A stretch of DNA of 64,000 nt, taken from a virus. Positions within the stretch are counted from its first letter, which is position 1. Every line of letters begins with the position of its first letter. The DNA lies in the IMG/VR virus record IMGVR_UViG_3300045988_149468, positions 75,803-139,802 of that record. One strand, given 5' to 3'. The notes below the pieces were generated by a model. The model had not been told where the DNA came from, ran no database searches, and saw only the letters and a program-made list of their open reading frames with translations. This document shows positions 18,071-27,129 of this stretch, in pieces. The position numbers and the translations under genes are program-made.

Positions 18071-18460
18071 TTAATTATTTATATACCAATCACCAAATAT
18101 TTCGTTATGACTAAACATATGAAGTTCTGTTATCCATTTATTATATTCTGTATCAAAGTAAAATACACTTTCATTTCTATTAGGTGAAGTTATATATTTT
18201 GTTCCACTATAACAACTTTCTATCTCTTTCCCTTCTTTTAAGGATTTCATAGCCTCTTCAAAAGTATATTTTTTCTTGTCTAATATAAATATATCATTTA
18301 AACTAACACCAATATCCTTATATTCATCATCAAATTTAAATATTATACTGTTATAGGTTTTTTGAATTTTTGTTAATCTTTTATTTTTGTATTTATTAAG
18401 CCAAATTTCACCATCATTAATTGTATTTATTACTTCTTGAAATGTTTTTTCAACTACCAT
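18071..18460 (-). CDS. DUF2829-like (Tad2-family-like) protein, two tandem half-repeats
   Basis: YTFEEAMKSLKEGKEIES ... EIFGDWYINN fits the F.EA...LK.GK ... DW.I pattern of DUF2829. The N-terminal half (KTFQEVINTINDGEIW) is a weaker copy. Confidence 0.35.
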   Translation of the reverse strand: MVVEKTFQEVINTINDGEIWLNKYKNKRLTKIQKTYNSIIFKFDDEYKDIGVSLNDIFILDKKKYTFEEAMKSLKEGKEIESCYSGTKYITSPNRNESVFYFDTEYNKWITELHMFSHNEIFGDWYINN

Positions 18461-18595
18461 TTTGACCTCCTATTATTAATTTCTATATTGAATATATAAG
18501 TATTTCAAGGTATAAACACCTTATGAACTTTTTTGAAAGCCCTAAAATCGCTTTTAGACAGTAGCTATTTTTAGTGTTTATACCAAATTATTTAA

Positions 18596-18877
18596 CTATT
18601 TAGCTTCATGTGGTACATGAGGAACAACATCGTCTATGTATTTCTTTAATTCATCAACTTTATTTATTAATGATTCTAAATCAGATGCATTTGTTATTTT
18701 TAATTCTTTGTCTACAATATATTTTAATGCTGAATTTATAGATGGACAAAATCCAATATCTTTAAATTCTTTTTCTACTAATCCTGTATTTCTTCTAGTT
18801 ATCTCTACTTCTTTTTGTACAATGTAACAATAAGCATCACTTGTTATTCTATAATCATTTCCTAGGTTTAATATCAT
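18596..18877 (-). CDS. hypothetical protein
   Basis: ORF with SD aggaggtaataaaATG. Confidence 0.4.
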   Translation of the reverse strand: MILNLGNDYRITSDAYCYIVQKEVEITRRNTGLVEKEFKDIGFCPSINSALKYIVDKELKITNASDLESLINKVDELKKYIDDVVPHVPHEAK

Positions 18878-18901
18878 TTTATTACCTCCTAAATTGTTTT
18901 T

Positions 18902-19243
18902 TTAATTTAAAAATATAGAATCAATTATATCAGATATGTTTATTAGATCAACATTAGTTGTTTTATCACCAACTAATTTAACTATTATATTTTCTAATAA
19001 ACAATCACAATTCTCTTTGTAATAATTTATTTTAATTTCAAGTTCTTTATCATCACTATAATAATTAGCCTTCATACATGATTGTTGAATTTCTTTAGCA
19101 TTTATAGTTCTGATATCTGTTAATTTTAATTTATATTTTTTAAATAATTTTGTATTTATGGCAAGAAGTTTATTGTATATGTGTAATATATTAATGTTTT
19201 CGTTATATTTAAGTATTATTTTTAATTCATTTTTAGTGTTCAT
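18902..19243 (-). CDS. hypothetical protein
   Basis: Co-oriented. Its start codon abuts the stop of the upstream ORF. Confidence 0.4.
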   Translation of the reverse strand: MNTKNELKIILKYNENINILHIYNKLLAINTKLFKKYKLKLTDIRTINAKEIQQSCMKANYYSDDKELEIKINYYKENCDCLLENIIVKLVGDKTTNVDLINISDIIDSIFLN

Positions 19244-19244
19244 A

Positions 19245-19442
19245 TTAATTCAACAACTGATATGTTGTTTCTCTTTCTACAAAATCATCATATACAATTA
19301 AAACTCCTATTAATTTATCATTTAATTTCATTGGTTTAATATCTAATACTTCTTTTATATTATCTTCTAGCCAATCATTTACTTTTTGTTCTATTTTCTT
19401 TGCACTTTCATCTACTATAAACTTAACTTTCATTATCGTCAC
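19245..19442 (-). CDS. hypothetical protein
   Basis: Preceded by the promoter-leader cassette. Confidence 0.4.
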   Translation of the reverse strand: MTIMKVKFIVDESAKKIEQKVNDWLEDNIKEVLDIKPMKLNDKLIGVLIVYDDFVERETTYQLLN

Positions 19443-19469
19443 CCCTTACTTATTAATTTCTATATTTAT

Positions 19470-19498
19470 ATATTACCATATTTAACATTTATTGTCAA
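19470..19498 (-). promoter_or_regulatory. sigma-A-type promoter, cassette copy
   Basis: TTGACA, 17 nt, TAATAT. The 38 nt downstream are identical to the copy at 28463-28524. Confidence 0.65.
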
Positions 19499-19501
19499 TG
19501 A

Positions 19502-21373
19502 TTATTTTGTAAATTTTTTATATTTTGTTAAAATCATTTCTTTATCTTCTAATTCTATCCATTTGTCACCTTCTTTTTTCTTTTTATTCTTAATTTGATA
19601 TCCTTTAATACTAATCACATCACCTATTTCTAATGGATCTTGCTTAAAATTCTTTTTATATATTTTTACATCTTTTAATTTACCATTTCCTATACCATAT
19701 AAAGTAATTCTAGGTGTGTATTTAGTATTTATATCTGTAATAATACATTTATTTCCCATAGATTTATCTATTATATTACAATTACCACAAAATTCAAAAT
19801 AGGTTTTAATTAATTCTATAGTGTCTGTTCCATTATCCTTAATATGTTTTTCTATTGCAATTAACATTGGTAATATATCAATAAAAATATATTTTTTTTC
19901 TGTTTCTCTTTCAGCATATTTACTAAATATTTTATTTAAGCTAGGATATTTATCTTTTGATAATTGTTTTTTACCATAAAATGTTTGATAAAATTCATAT
20001 ACTTTTAATAGTTTTTGAACACCACCAAATTCACTAAAGAAATTCAATGATATTAATATTGTCATTTGTTTAGAGTTTATTTTTTTACCTATGTCAACTA
20101 ATAATTCTACAAAAGAATTATAATTATTATCTTTTAAAGAATATAATAATTCACCTGCATTTTTATTTAAGTTTTTAATTGATTTTATACCTTTATATAT
20201 AGAATTGCTCTCTCTATCTAAAAAATATTCAGATCTGGAAAATCTAAATTTAGGATTTTTAATTTCTATATTGAAATATTCCATTTCTTTGGTCAATCTA
20301 GCAGTTCTTTCAGTATCATCTTCATATTCATTTAATGCTACGGTATAATATTCTAAAGGATAATGAGATTTTAAATAAGCACCATATAAACTATCATAAG
20401 CGTAAGATAAAGAGTGACTAGCATTAAAACTGTAATGAGAGGCATTTTCAATTACTTGCCATGTTTCATTAAAACCTTCCTCTTTTCCTACCACATTGAT
20501 CCAACCTTTTTTTAATTTAATTTTTAATTCTTCTAATTCTTTTTCTTTAAACTTCTTTTTGCTAATTTTTTTAATTATTGTATATGTTTCACTTTCATCT
20601 ATACCTAACCATATCAAATATTTCATTATAGATTCTTGATACATAAGGTAATGATAACTATCTTCTAATAAATTATCTAGTTTTTTTACTCCTGTTGTAT
20701 ATTCTTTTCTTTCTATAAAATTATTTAATAAAGATGCAAATCCTGGTCTAATAGAGGCTACAAAAGCCGACATTTCTGCCAAACTTTTAGGTTTATATTT
20801 CATTATTAAATCAGTAGCAAATTTACTATCAGCTTGATTTATAGAACAGGTTAATCCTTTCTCATATATATTCCATGTTTTATCATCTAATAATTTTGAT
20901 AATTCAGTAGTCGTAGGTATTAAAATATTTGCTAATTTACAAACATCTTTTATAATTTTCCATATACTAACTTGTAAAATGTCATTTTTAAGATATTTAT
21001 ATTTATCACAATTAATTCCATCTATATTGCAAACAAATACATCTCCCGCTTTTAATAAACCTATCTCCTCACTTATAGGTTGAGATAATAATAAAGTAGA
21101 ACATGGACTTTGTGATACAGATTCTATTGTTCCGACAAAGTGCTTACTCTCTTCAATTATTTTGTTCCAATTCTCATCATCTATATAATTATCTAAATCT
21201 TTTGCTACTTCATTATAATCATTAATATTTAATCCTATTGCTTTACAATACAATCTAAATGCACTAGCTTTTTGCAAAGGTTTAAAACTTAACATCCAAT
21301 GACAATTATCTTCACCTAATAATTTCTTTGAAGCATCAATAAATGGTTGTTGTTCAGCAACATTTGTATCCAC
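19502..21373 (-). CDS. dnaE: DNA polymerase III alpha subunit, exon 2 (palm/fingers to C-terminus)
   Basis: Begins VDTNV, continuing the PD|VD catalytic motif of exon 1. FNASHSLSYAYDSLYGAYLKSHYPLEYY matches the DnaE FNKSHSAAYA...AYLKAHYP motif. Confidence 0.75.
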   Translation of the reverse strand: MDTNVAEQQPFIDASKKLLGEDNCHWMLSFKPLQKASAFRLYCKAIGLNINDYNEVAKDLDNYIDDENWNKIIEESKHFVGTIESVSQSPCSTLLLSQPISEEIGLLKAGDVFVCNIDGINCDKYKYLKNDILQVSIWKIIKDVCKLANILIPTTTELSKLLDDKTWNIYEKGLTCSINQADSKFATDLIMKYKPKSLAEMSAFVASIRPGFASLLNNFIERKEYTTGVKKLDNLLEDSYHYLMYQESIMKYLIWLGIDESETYTIIKKISKKKFKEKELEELKIKLKKGWINVVGKEEGFNETWQVIENASHYSFNASHSLSYAYDSLYGAYLKSHYPLEYYTVALNEYEDDTERTARLTKEMEYFNIEIKNPKFRFSRSEYFLDRESNSIYKGIKSIKNLNKNAGELLYSLKDNNYNSFVELLVDIGKKINSKQMTILISLNFFSEFGGVQKLLKVYEFYQTFYGKKQLSKDKYPSLNKIFSKYAERETEKKYIFIDILPMLIAIEKHIKDNGTDTIELIKTYFEFCGNCNIIDKSMGNKCIITDINTKYTPRITLYGIGNGKLKDVKIYKKNFKQDPLEIGDVISIKGYQIKNKKKKEGDKWIELEDKEMILTKYKKFTK

Positions 21374-22715
21374 CCTTTATACCGTAGCTTTCGCTATACT
21401 TTAACACTTATTTAAAAGTCGGAGTAGACTATACCATCAACGTTGATATTATCTCGGTTGCCTCTTGGTAGTCGTTGCGACCTTCCCATATCTTTCATTA
21501 GACTTAGGGCTGTGTCTCAAGATTGCCCAATCCTTAATCTTGTTACTATACCTAATTAGTTAAATTAGCCATACTTCGGTTTCCCTAGTACTTAGTAATT
21601 AAGGCTCTAAGGGGTTTCCTTGATATTCGAGGTTTTCATTATATATCACTATATAATGCGACTATTTTATTATTATATATGTTTTATTATTTATAAAAAT
21701 TTCAGAGGATTCTTTTAATATTCTTTTTATTTTCTTTAATCCTAATCCTGTTTCTTTTTGTAACTCAGGATACCCATAATAAAATTTATTGTCTTCTTTA
21801 CAAAGAAATATATTATAATTACATTTACAATTTTTATAGAATACTATCAATTCTTCCCATAATTTCTCTTTATTAACAACATAATCATCGTCTATTTCTT
21901 TAAAATGATATGCTTTTATCGTTACTCTACTTCTATTAAGTATCCCTACGTTATTGTTATATTTTTCTTTTGCAAATTTTATACATTTAAAAATTTCACC
22001 AGTCTCTAAACATACTACTCTTTTTGCCATGCCATGTTCTTCATTTTTTAAACCATTGTTTTTCATGAATTCGCTAAATTTTTTCTTCTTTTCTTCACTC
22101 CAATAGTTTCCATAATTAGGGTTATTCTCACCATCATATTTGCCTAATTTTATTTCTCTAGCATGATTTTTCATTTCTTTAGTCCAGTAATGAGCATAAT
22201 TAGGATTATTTTCTCCTTTAACTATATCTGATATTTTATTTCTAAATTCCTCACTTTTGTAAACACTATCTTCATTTGTTCTTATTTCAATCATTTTTCT
22301 TCTGAAATCTTCATCTTCCCATCTTTTCTTCGATAATTCTCCTTGTTTCTTCTTCCACTCTTCATCTGGTTTCCATCCAGATACTCCTTCTCCCCCATCG
22401 GTTTGATTTGTTAATCTATATTCGGGATAATGTTCTCTATAATATTTAATTAATGCTCTTTCATATTTAAAAGCCTCATCTTCTTTTAAATTATCTATTT
22501 TAATTCTAAAGTTACAATTATGGGTATTATACATATCTTTAAAGAATTTATTTCTTCCCGATACAGTTTCAGCCCTTCTTTCTTTCCCTTTCCCTACATA
22601 AAAAACTTCATCTGTATCTACTATAAACCATTCATAAATATAATAATTATTCATTTTTTTCACCTCCTTTCTTAATTATCTTTATTTAAATAAAACATAT
22701 ATAATAATTATGTTA
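21374..22715 (-). mobile_element. group I intron carrying a GIY-YIG homing endonuclease ORF, inserted in dnaE
   Basis: A 1342-nt interruption falls exactly between the codons for PD and VD. The 288 nt after the ORF (21374-21661) are conspicuously GC-richer and contain R-like GAGACACAGCC and S-like GGTATAGTCT core elements. The last intron base is G and the last exon-1 base is U. Confidence 0.65.
21662..22654 (-). CDS. GIY-YIG homing endonuclease (intron-encoded) with NUMOD3-like repeats
   Basis: YIYEWFIVDTDEVFYVGKGKERR is a GIY-YIG motif. GENNPNY[AG].YW[ST] repeats three times. ATG 22654 follows SD aaaggagg. Confidence 0.75.
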   Translation of the reverse strand: MNNYYIYEWFIVDTDEVFYVGKGKERRAETVSGRNKFFKDMYNTHNCNFRIKIDNLKEDEAFKYERALIKYYREHYPEYRLTNQTDGGEGVSGWKPDEEWKKKQGELSKKRWEDEDFRRKMIEIRTNEDSVYKSEEFRNKISDIVKGENNPNYAHYWTKEMKNHAREIKLGKYDGENNPNYGNYWSEEKKKKFSEFMKNNGLKNEEHGMAKRVVCLETGEIFKCIKFAKEKYNNNVGILNRSRVTIKAYHFKEIDDDYVVNKEKLWEELIVFYKNCKCNYNIFLCKEDNKFYYGYPELQKETGLGLKKIKRILKESSEIFINNKTYIIIK

Positions 22716-23918
22716 ATCGGGTAATGATTTACTCTGTAATATTCTTGTTGTACTCATAAATCTTGAAGGATATAACGTAATTGGTGAATCAAGTCTATCC
22801 AATGAAGTGAATCCTAATAATTTATTAATATAGAAACTAGGGGCTGAACCTCTCGAACTTTTTGTTATTATTCCATGATATTCAGTTGTAGCTAATTTTA
22901 TCATCTTATAATTTATTAAAAAATATTCAGCCATATTAGTATCTTTTATGACTTGCCATTCATCTTTTATAGCTTGTATATATTCATCTTTTCTGTTTAG
23001 ATTTATATTATTTAGTTCCTTTTTAAATTCTTTTTCTATTATTTCACCTAATTCTTTATTAGGATTATTTGATATATGGGGCATTTTTATATCATCATCA
23101 AACTGTATTCCTTCATATTTATCAAATATAAGAGTATTGTCTAACGCTTGTTTAATTTGTTTATCTGTCAATATACCTTGTTCTCTATATCTTTGAACAA
23201 CTGTTTTATAATTTGGATAATCTAATATAAAATTATTTTCATCTTCATAATTTATACCTTTAGCATGAAGAAATAAATCTCTATATTTGCTATCTTCAGG
23301 TTTTATATAATGGGAATCATTAGCATGAATAATTTGTATATTGTATTTATCTGCATATTCTAATAATCTTTTATTATATATCTTTTGTATATCTACATTA
23401 TGATTTTGAACTTCTAAATAAAAATTATCACCAAAATATTCTTTCATTTTAATTATCCATTCTTCAGAACCTTCAATATTTCTAAGTCTTGAAGCAACAC
23501 AAGCAGTAGTAATTATAACGTCATTAGGATTTAAATTAAACAATAATTCGTTATCTATTCTTGGTTTATAATAATATCCAGTTATATTTGCTTCGGATAA
23601 TATTTTATTAAGTTGTTTTCTTCCATTATTATTTAAAGCTATTATAACTAAATGGTAATTAGATTTATCTTTTTTGTATCTATCTTCTACATAATAAACT
23701 TCTGCACCGATCATAAGTTTTAATCCATTTTCTTTACACAATGTATAAGCTTCATATACATTGCCTTGATAACCATGTTCTGTTGTAAAATAAATCCCTT
23801 TATCACCATCCAATTCTTTAATCCTATTAATATAATCTATTGGCTTAACTATTACATCTAAACTTCTTAAATTAGAATAATGTGTATGTTTATGATAATT
23901 ATTATAACGATATTCCAA
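22716..23918 (-). CDS. dnaE: DNA polymerase III alpha subunit, exon 1 (PHP domain to catalytic PD)
   Basis: YHKHTHYSNLRSLD...FTTEHG is a PHP domain. It ends ...RFMSTTRILQSKSLPD, aligning to the DnaE motif FERFLNPERVSMPD(IDID). TTG start 23918; an in-frame TAA at 22713-22715 belongs to the intron. Confidence 0.75.
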
Positions 23919-23953
23919 TTCTTATTCACCACCTTATTAATTATTATATTTAT

Positions 23954-23982
23954 ATTATATATCTATTGCCAAAATTTGTCAA
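23954..23982 (-). promoter_or_regulatory. sigma-A-type promoter of dnaE, cassette copy
   Basis: TTGACA, 17 nt, TATAAT, then ataaatataataattaataaggtgg. Confidence 0.65.
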
Positions 23983-23990
23983 TATAATTA

Positions 23991-24026
23991 TTAAAAAAGG
24001 TAGATATTTTTTTAAATACCTACCTT
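23991..24026 (-). terminator. rho-independent terminator after ORF 24035..24280
   Basis: Minus strand has aggtag ... ctacct followed by ttttttaa. Confidence 0.5.
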
Positions 24027-24034
24027 TACAATAA

Positions 24035-24280
24035 TTATCTATATCCCATTAATTTTTCAAACTCTTCATCTGTAATCCAGGCATTATAATAATAAATATA
24101 ACCGAATAATAAATTAGCTAATGGAATACAACACAAAATAAATATGATTAAAGTTGAAATAATATTACCAATTATAAATTTATCATCTGTTTTTAAGTCA
24201 TATCTAAATAATCTAATTATATATGGAATACTAGCTAAAAAGGTAAAAATTATAGTACATATGTAAATCTTTATTAACAT
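24035..24280 (-). CDS. membrane protein
   Basis: Two to three hydrophobic helices. Confidence 0.4.
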   Translation of the reverse strand: MLIKIYICTIIFTFLASIPYIIRLFRYDLKTDDKFIIGNIISTLIIFILCCIPLANLLFGYIYYYNAWITDEEFEKLMGYR

Positions 24281-24283
24281 TTA

Positions 24284-24502
24284 TCATTCTCCTATTCTGT
24301 ATTTGGCTTTTATTTCATTTTCATAATAACACTCACATTTTTCTTGTTTTGTCTTACCACAACTAAAACATTCAAAATCATTACAATATGATTCAAATGG
24401 TAAATTTATTTCTCCGTGTAAATCACACACATTAATTCTTCCAGTATGTAAATATAAACAATATTGACACGATTTCCAATCTTTCTTTAAATATTTACTC
24501 AT
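24284..24502 (-). CDS. Cys-rich (zinc-binding?) small protein
   Basis: 9 Cys residues, including CQYC and CFSC pairs. Confidence 0.4.
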   Translation of the reverse strand: MSKYLKKDWKSCQYCLYLHTGRINVCDLHGEINLPFESYCNDFECFSCGKTKQEKCECYYENEIKAKYRIGE

Positions 24503-24518
24503 TAAACAATCAACTCCT

Positions 24519-24608
24519 TTATATTACAATTCCTAAAATTATAAATATTAAACTTAAAACAACGCAACACAATCCTATATATAAATATTTATGAAATTTA
24601 TCTTCCAT
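24519..24608 (-). CDS. small membrane peptide (29 aa)
   Basis: SD aaggag 10 nt before ATG 24608. Its 29-nt initiation region is duplicated at 26064-26092. Confidence 0.3.
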   Translation of the reverse strand: MEDKFHKYLYIGLCCVVLSLIFIILGIVI

Positions 24609-24865
24609 ACTTAATCAACTCCTTAATTATTAGTTTTGAAATAGCCTAATTAATCACATTGAATTTATGAACTTGTGAATAAATGATAATGTGAAAGAGG
24701 AAGAATTTAATTCGCCTTTTAATTAAATGATGACGAAACACCGTAGGTCATTTCTTATATATAATACTCTAAGGGTTTTTATTCTAAAATTGTCATTTTT
24801 TATTGAAAATTAAGGGATTTTAAATTGTTGAAATTTCAATTTTATGAGTTTTACAGCTTTATTTT

Positions 24866-26074
24866 CTAGCCTAACCACATTCTCAATAATGTTCTCATTC
24901 TTGATGAAGGTATATATAAGTTTATTTCTTTATTATCCCTTAATTGAGACCTAAATATCCATTGTATAAGTTCTGATAATGCATATGAATCCTCATCCAC
25001 TCCTACATTTTTAGCTCTAAAGAATTTTAATATCATTGGATTATTAAACGTGTTCACTACATATGCTAAATTTTTCTTATTTCTATAATCATTAGTTGCT
25101 CTAGCATTACAACTAACAAATCCTTTAGTATATCCATTCCCTTTTAATTTTGTCTTGTAATCTTTAAAACAACTCCACATATTCTCTTTTGATTTTGATT
25201 TTACTATATTTTGAAAATAATTTATCATATTATTCTTTAATAAATCAAACGCATCAGTTTTATTTTTATCTTGTTTTATATACCAAGACTTGGATAAATC
25301 ATATCTCCCATTACCTATTTTATTTAATTTTTCATTTTCACAAATATTAATTAAATTTTTAATATGAGATAAATCTTCGTTTTCAATATAATCAACTATT
25401 TCATACTTATCATTAATTTTCTTAACAGATTTATATTCATATCTAATTCCATTCATTCGATAATAGTAGGATTGTAATTGTCCTCTAAACATATAAGTTA
25501 ATATATAAGTATGTTCTAATGCGTTCATTACTTTACATGGAAAAGTCCATAACATAAAACAATCATCAAATATATAACAATCTCCTTTTTCAATCGCATT
25601 TTTATATTTAGTTAATGTTCCTTTATATTCTTTATCAATCCATGTTAATTTTCCATCTTCTGATATAGATACTTTATCTCTTAATAATATCTCTCTATCA
25701 CTTTTAGTGATTTTTATTTCACTGCAAACCTCAAATACCTCATCCATTACTAATGTATAGTTGTATTCTTTTAAATATTTTAAAGTTTCATCATTAACCA
25801 TAGCAAAAAGACTATGTGTCGATACTATATTTTTACCTTGTGACAATAGATTATTAAAATCTTTCAATTTAGAACCTTCTCCTCTTTCAGTTTTAGGCTC
25901 ATAAAATACTCTGTTATCACAAGAAGTTAATACACGTTGAACTTCATCTAAATACGGCGTTATGTAAATGAATTTTTTATCGGTATTATTATTCATGTAT
26001 TCTATAAATTTACTCGTTTTTCCAGAACCACAGATCGAGTCTATTACGGTCACCTTCATATCATTATCTTCCAT
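24866..26074 (-). CDS. DEAD-like P-loop ATPase / putative SF2 helicase
   Basis: Walker A ICGSGKTS, Walker B LVMDEVF, C-terminal QWIFRSQLRD (motif VI-like). ATG 26074 follows SD aaggag. Confidence 0.45.
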   Translation of the reverse strand: MEDNDMKVTVIDSICGSGKTSKFIEYMNNNTDKKFIYITPYLDEVQRVLTSCDNRVFYEPKTERGEGSKLKDFNNLLSQGKNIVSTHSLFAMVNDETLKYLKEYNYTLVMDEVFEVCSEIKITKSDREILLRDKVSISEDGKLTWIDKEYKGTLTKYKNAIEKGDCYIFDDCFMLWTFPCKVMNALEHTYILTYMFRGQLQSYYYRMNGIRYEYKSVKKINDKYEIVDYIENEDLSHIKNLINICENEKLNKIGNGRYDLSKSWYIKQDKNKTDAFDLLKNNMINYFQNIVKSKSKENMWSCFKDYKTKLKGNGYTKGFVSCNARATNDYRNKKNLAYVVNTFNNPMILKFFRAKNVGVDEDSYALSELIQWIFRSQLRDNKEINLYIPSSRMRTLLRMWLG

Positions 26075-26088
26075 ACTTAACCAACTCC

Positions 26089-26541
26089 TTAACATAATAA
26101 TATTACATTATAATCTCTGTACATATTATTTAATTCTTTATTTAGCAATTTATTAACTTTATCTTCTTTAAACCATCTTTTAAATCTATTTTGATCCATA
26201 TAAATTAACACACATGAATAAGTTCCTTTGACATCTTTAAATCCTTTATCTTTTACAACTTTAAATTTTAATAAAAAATCTAAATCATATCTTTTAAAGA
26301 ATTTTTTAACAGTAAATACAACTTCTTCTCCATAATCAATTTTAGTAAAATCTATACCTTTGTAAACTGTAAGAGCTTTATCTAATCTTTTTGTTACAAC
26401 ATCAAATTTATTAGTTACAATAAGTATAGTATTTGTTAGATCTATAATATCATCGGACAATGTATCTTCAATATTATAAATCCAACAATTAATTATGTCA
26501 TGAATTTGTTGTTTGAAATTATTCTTATATTCTTTTAGCAT
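26089..26541 (-). CDS. hypothetical protein
   Basis: Start overlaps the upstream stop (TAATG). Confidence 0.4.
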   Translation of the reverse strand: MLKEYKNNFKQQIHDIINCWIYNIEDTLSDDIIDLTNTILIVTNKFDVVTKRLDKALTVYKGIDFTKIDYGEEVVFTVKKFFKRYDLDFLLKFKVVKDKGFKDVKGTYSCVLIYMDQNRFKRWFKEDKVNKLLNKELNNMYRDYNVILLC

Positions 26542-26714
26542 TAGTATTCTTCTATTGTATCATCAAAATATAAGAATGGTTTAACTTTGTCCAATAGCCA
26601 TTGCATCATACATTCTCTATCATGAAAATAAAATCTTTGACCTTCAAATTCTAATACTAGCGCCTCACAATTTATGACTTCGTCACACCACTCACACTTA
26701 CTTCCTTTAATCAT
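26541..26714 (-). CDS. small zinc-finger protein (57 aa, below track cutoff)
   Basis: SD ggaggg before ATG 26714. MIKGSKCEWCDEVINCEALVLEFEGQRFYFHDRECMMQW is TRASH/MYM-like by eye. Confidence 0.35.
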   Translation of the reverse strand: MIKGSKCEWCDEVINCEALVLEFEGQRFYFHDRECMMQWLLDKVKPFLYFDDTIEEY

Positions 26715-26727
26715 AATTTATCCCTCC

Positions 26728-26949
26728 TTATCCATTATAATGTTCTACTGATGATATATTATCAGAAAAGATAGCAATTTCATTATATTGCTTATTATTT
26801 GAACTATATAATTCTTCCCAAATTGTAATTTGCAAATCATTTCTATCCTTCCCAGTTAATGCTTCTAATAATTTAGTTATGTCATTTGTTTCTGCCTTTA
26901 TAAGATGATATTGACCATTTTTCATATTTATCTTATATATTTCTTTCAC
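26728..26949 (-). CDS. hypothetical protein
   Basis: GTG 26949 follows SD ggaggg. The track ORF starts at TTG 26964. Confidence 0.4.
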   Translation of the reverse strand: MKEIYKINMKNGQYHLIKAETNDITKLLEALTGKDRNDLQITIWEELYSSNNKQYNEIAIFSDNISSVEHYNG

Positions 26950-27129
26950 TAATATTCCCTCCAATCTTTAAAATAAAATCACAATTTTATTTTTATATTT
27001 TTAATACACCTTTTAAAACGCCCTTCTAAGGCTATAACGAGGTATTACAAGAGTTATAGAGAATATTTTAAGAAAAATGTCATATAACCCTTATAGACAA
27101 CCTCTTATTAACTTATATATTAAAGGTTA

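Noticed and set aside
26950-27129. Known riboswitch classes (purine, preQ1, ZTP, guanidine, c-di-GMP) for the structured leader
   Set aside because: None of the conserved core sequences I can recall for these classes is present. It is kept only as an unclassified structured leader.
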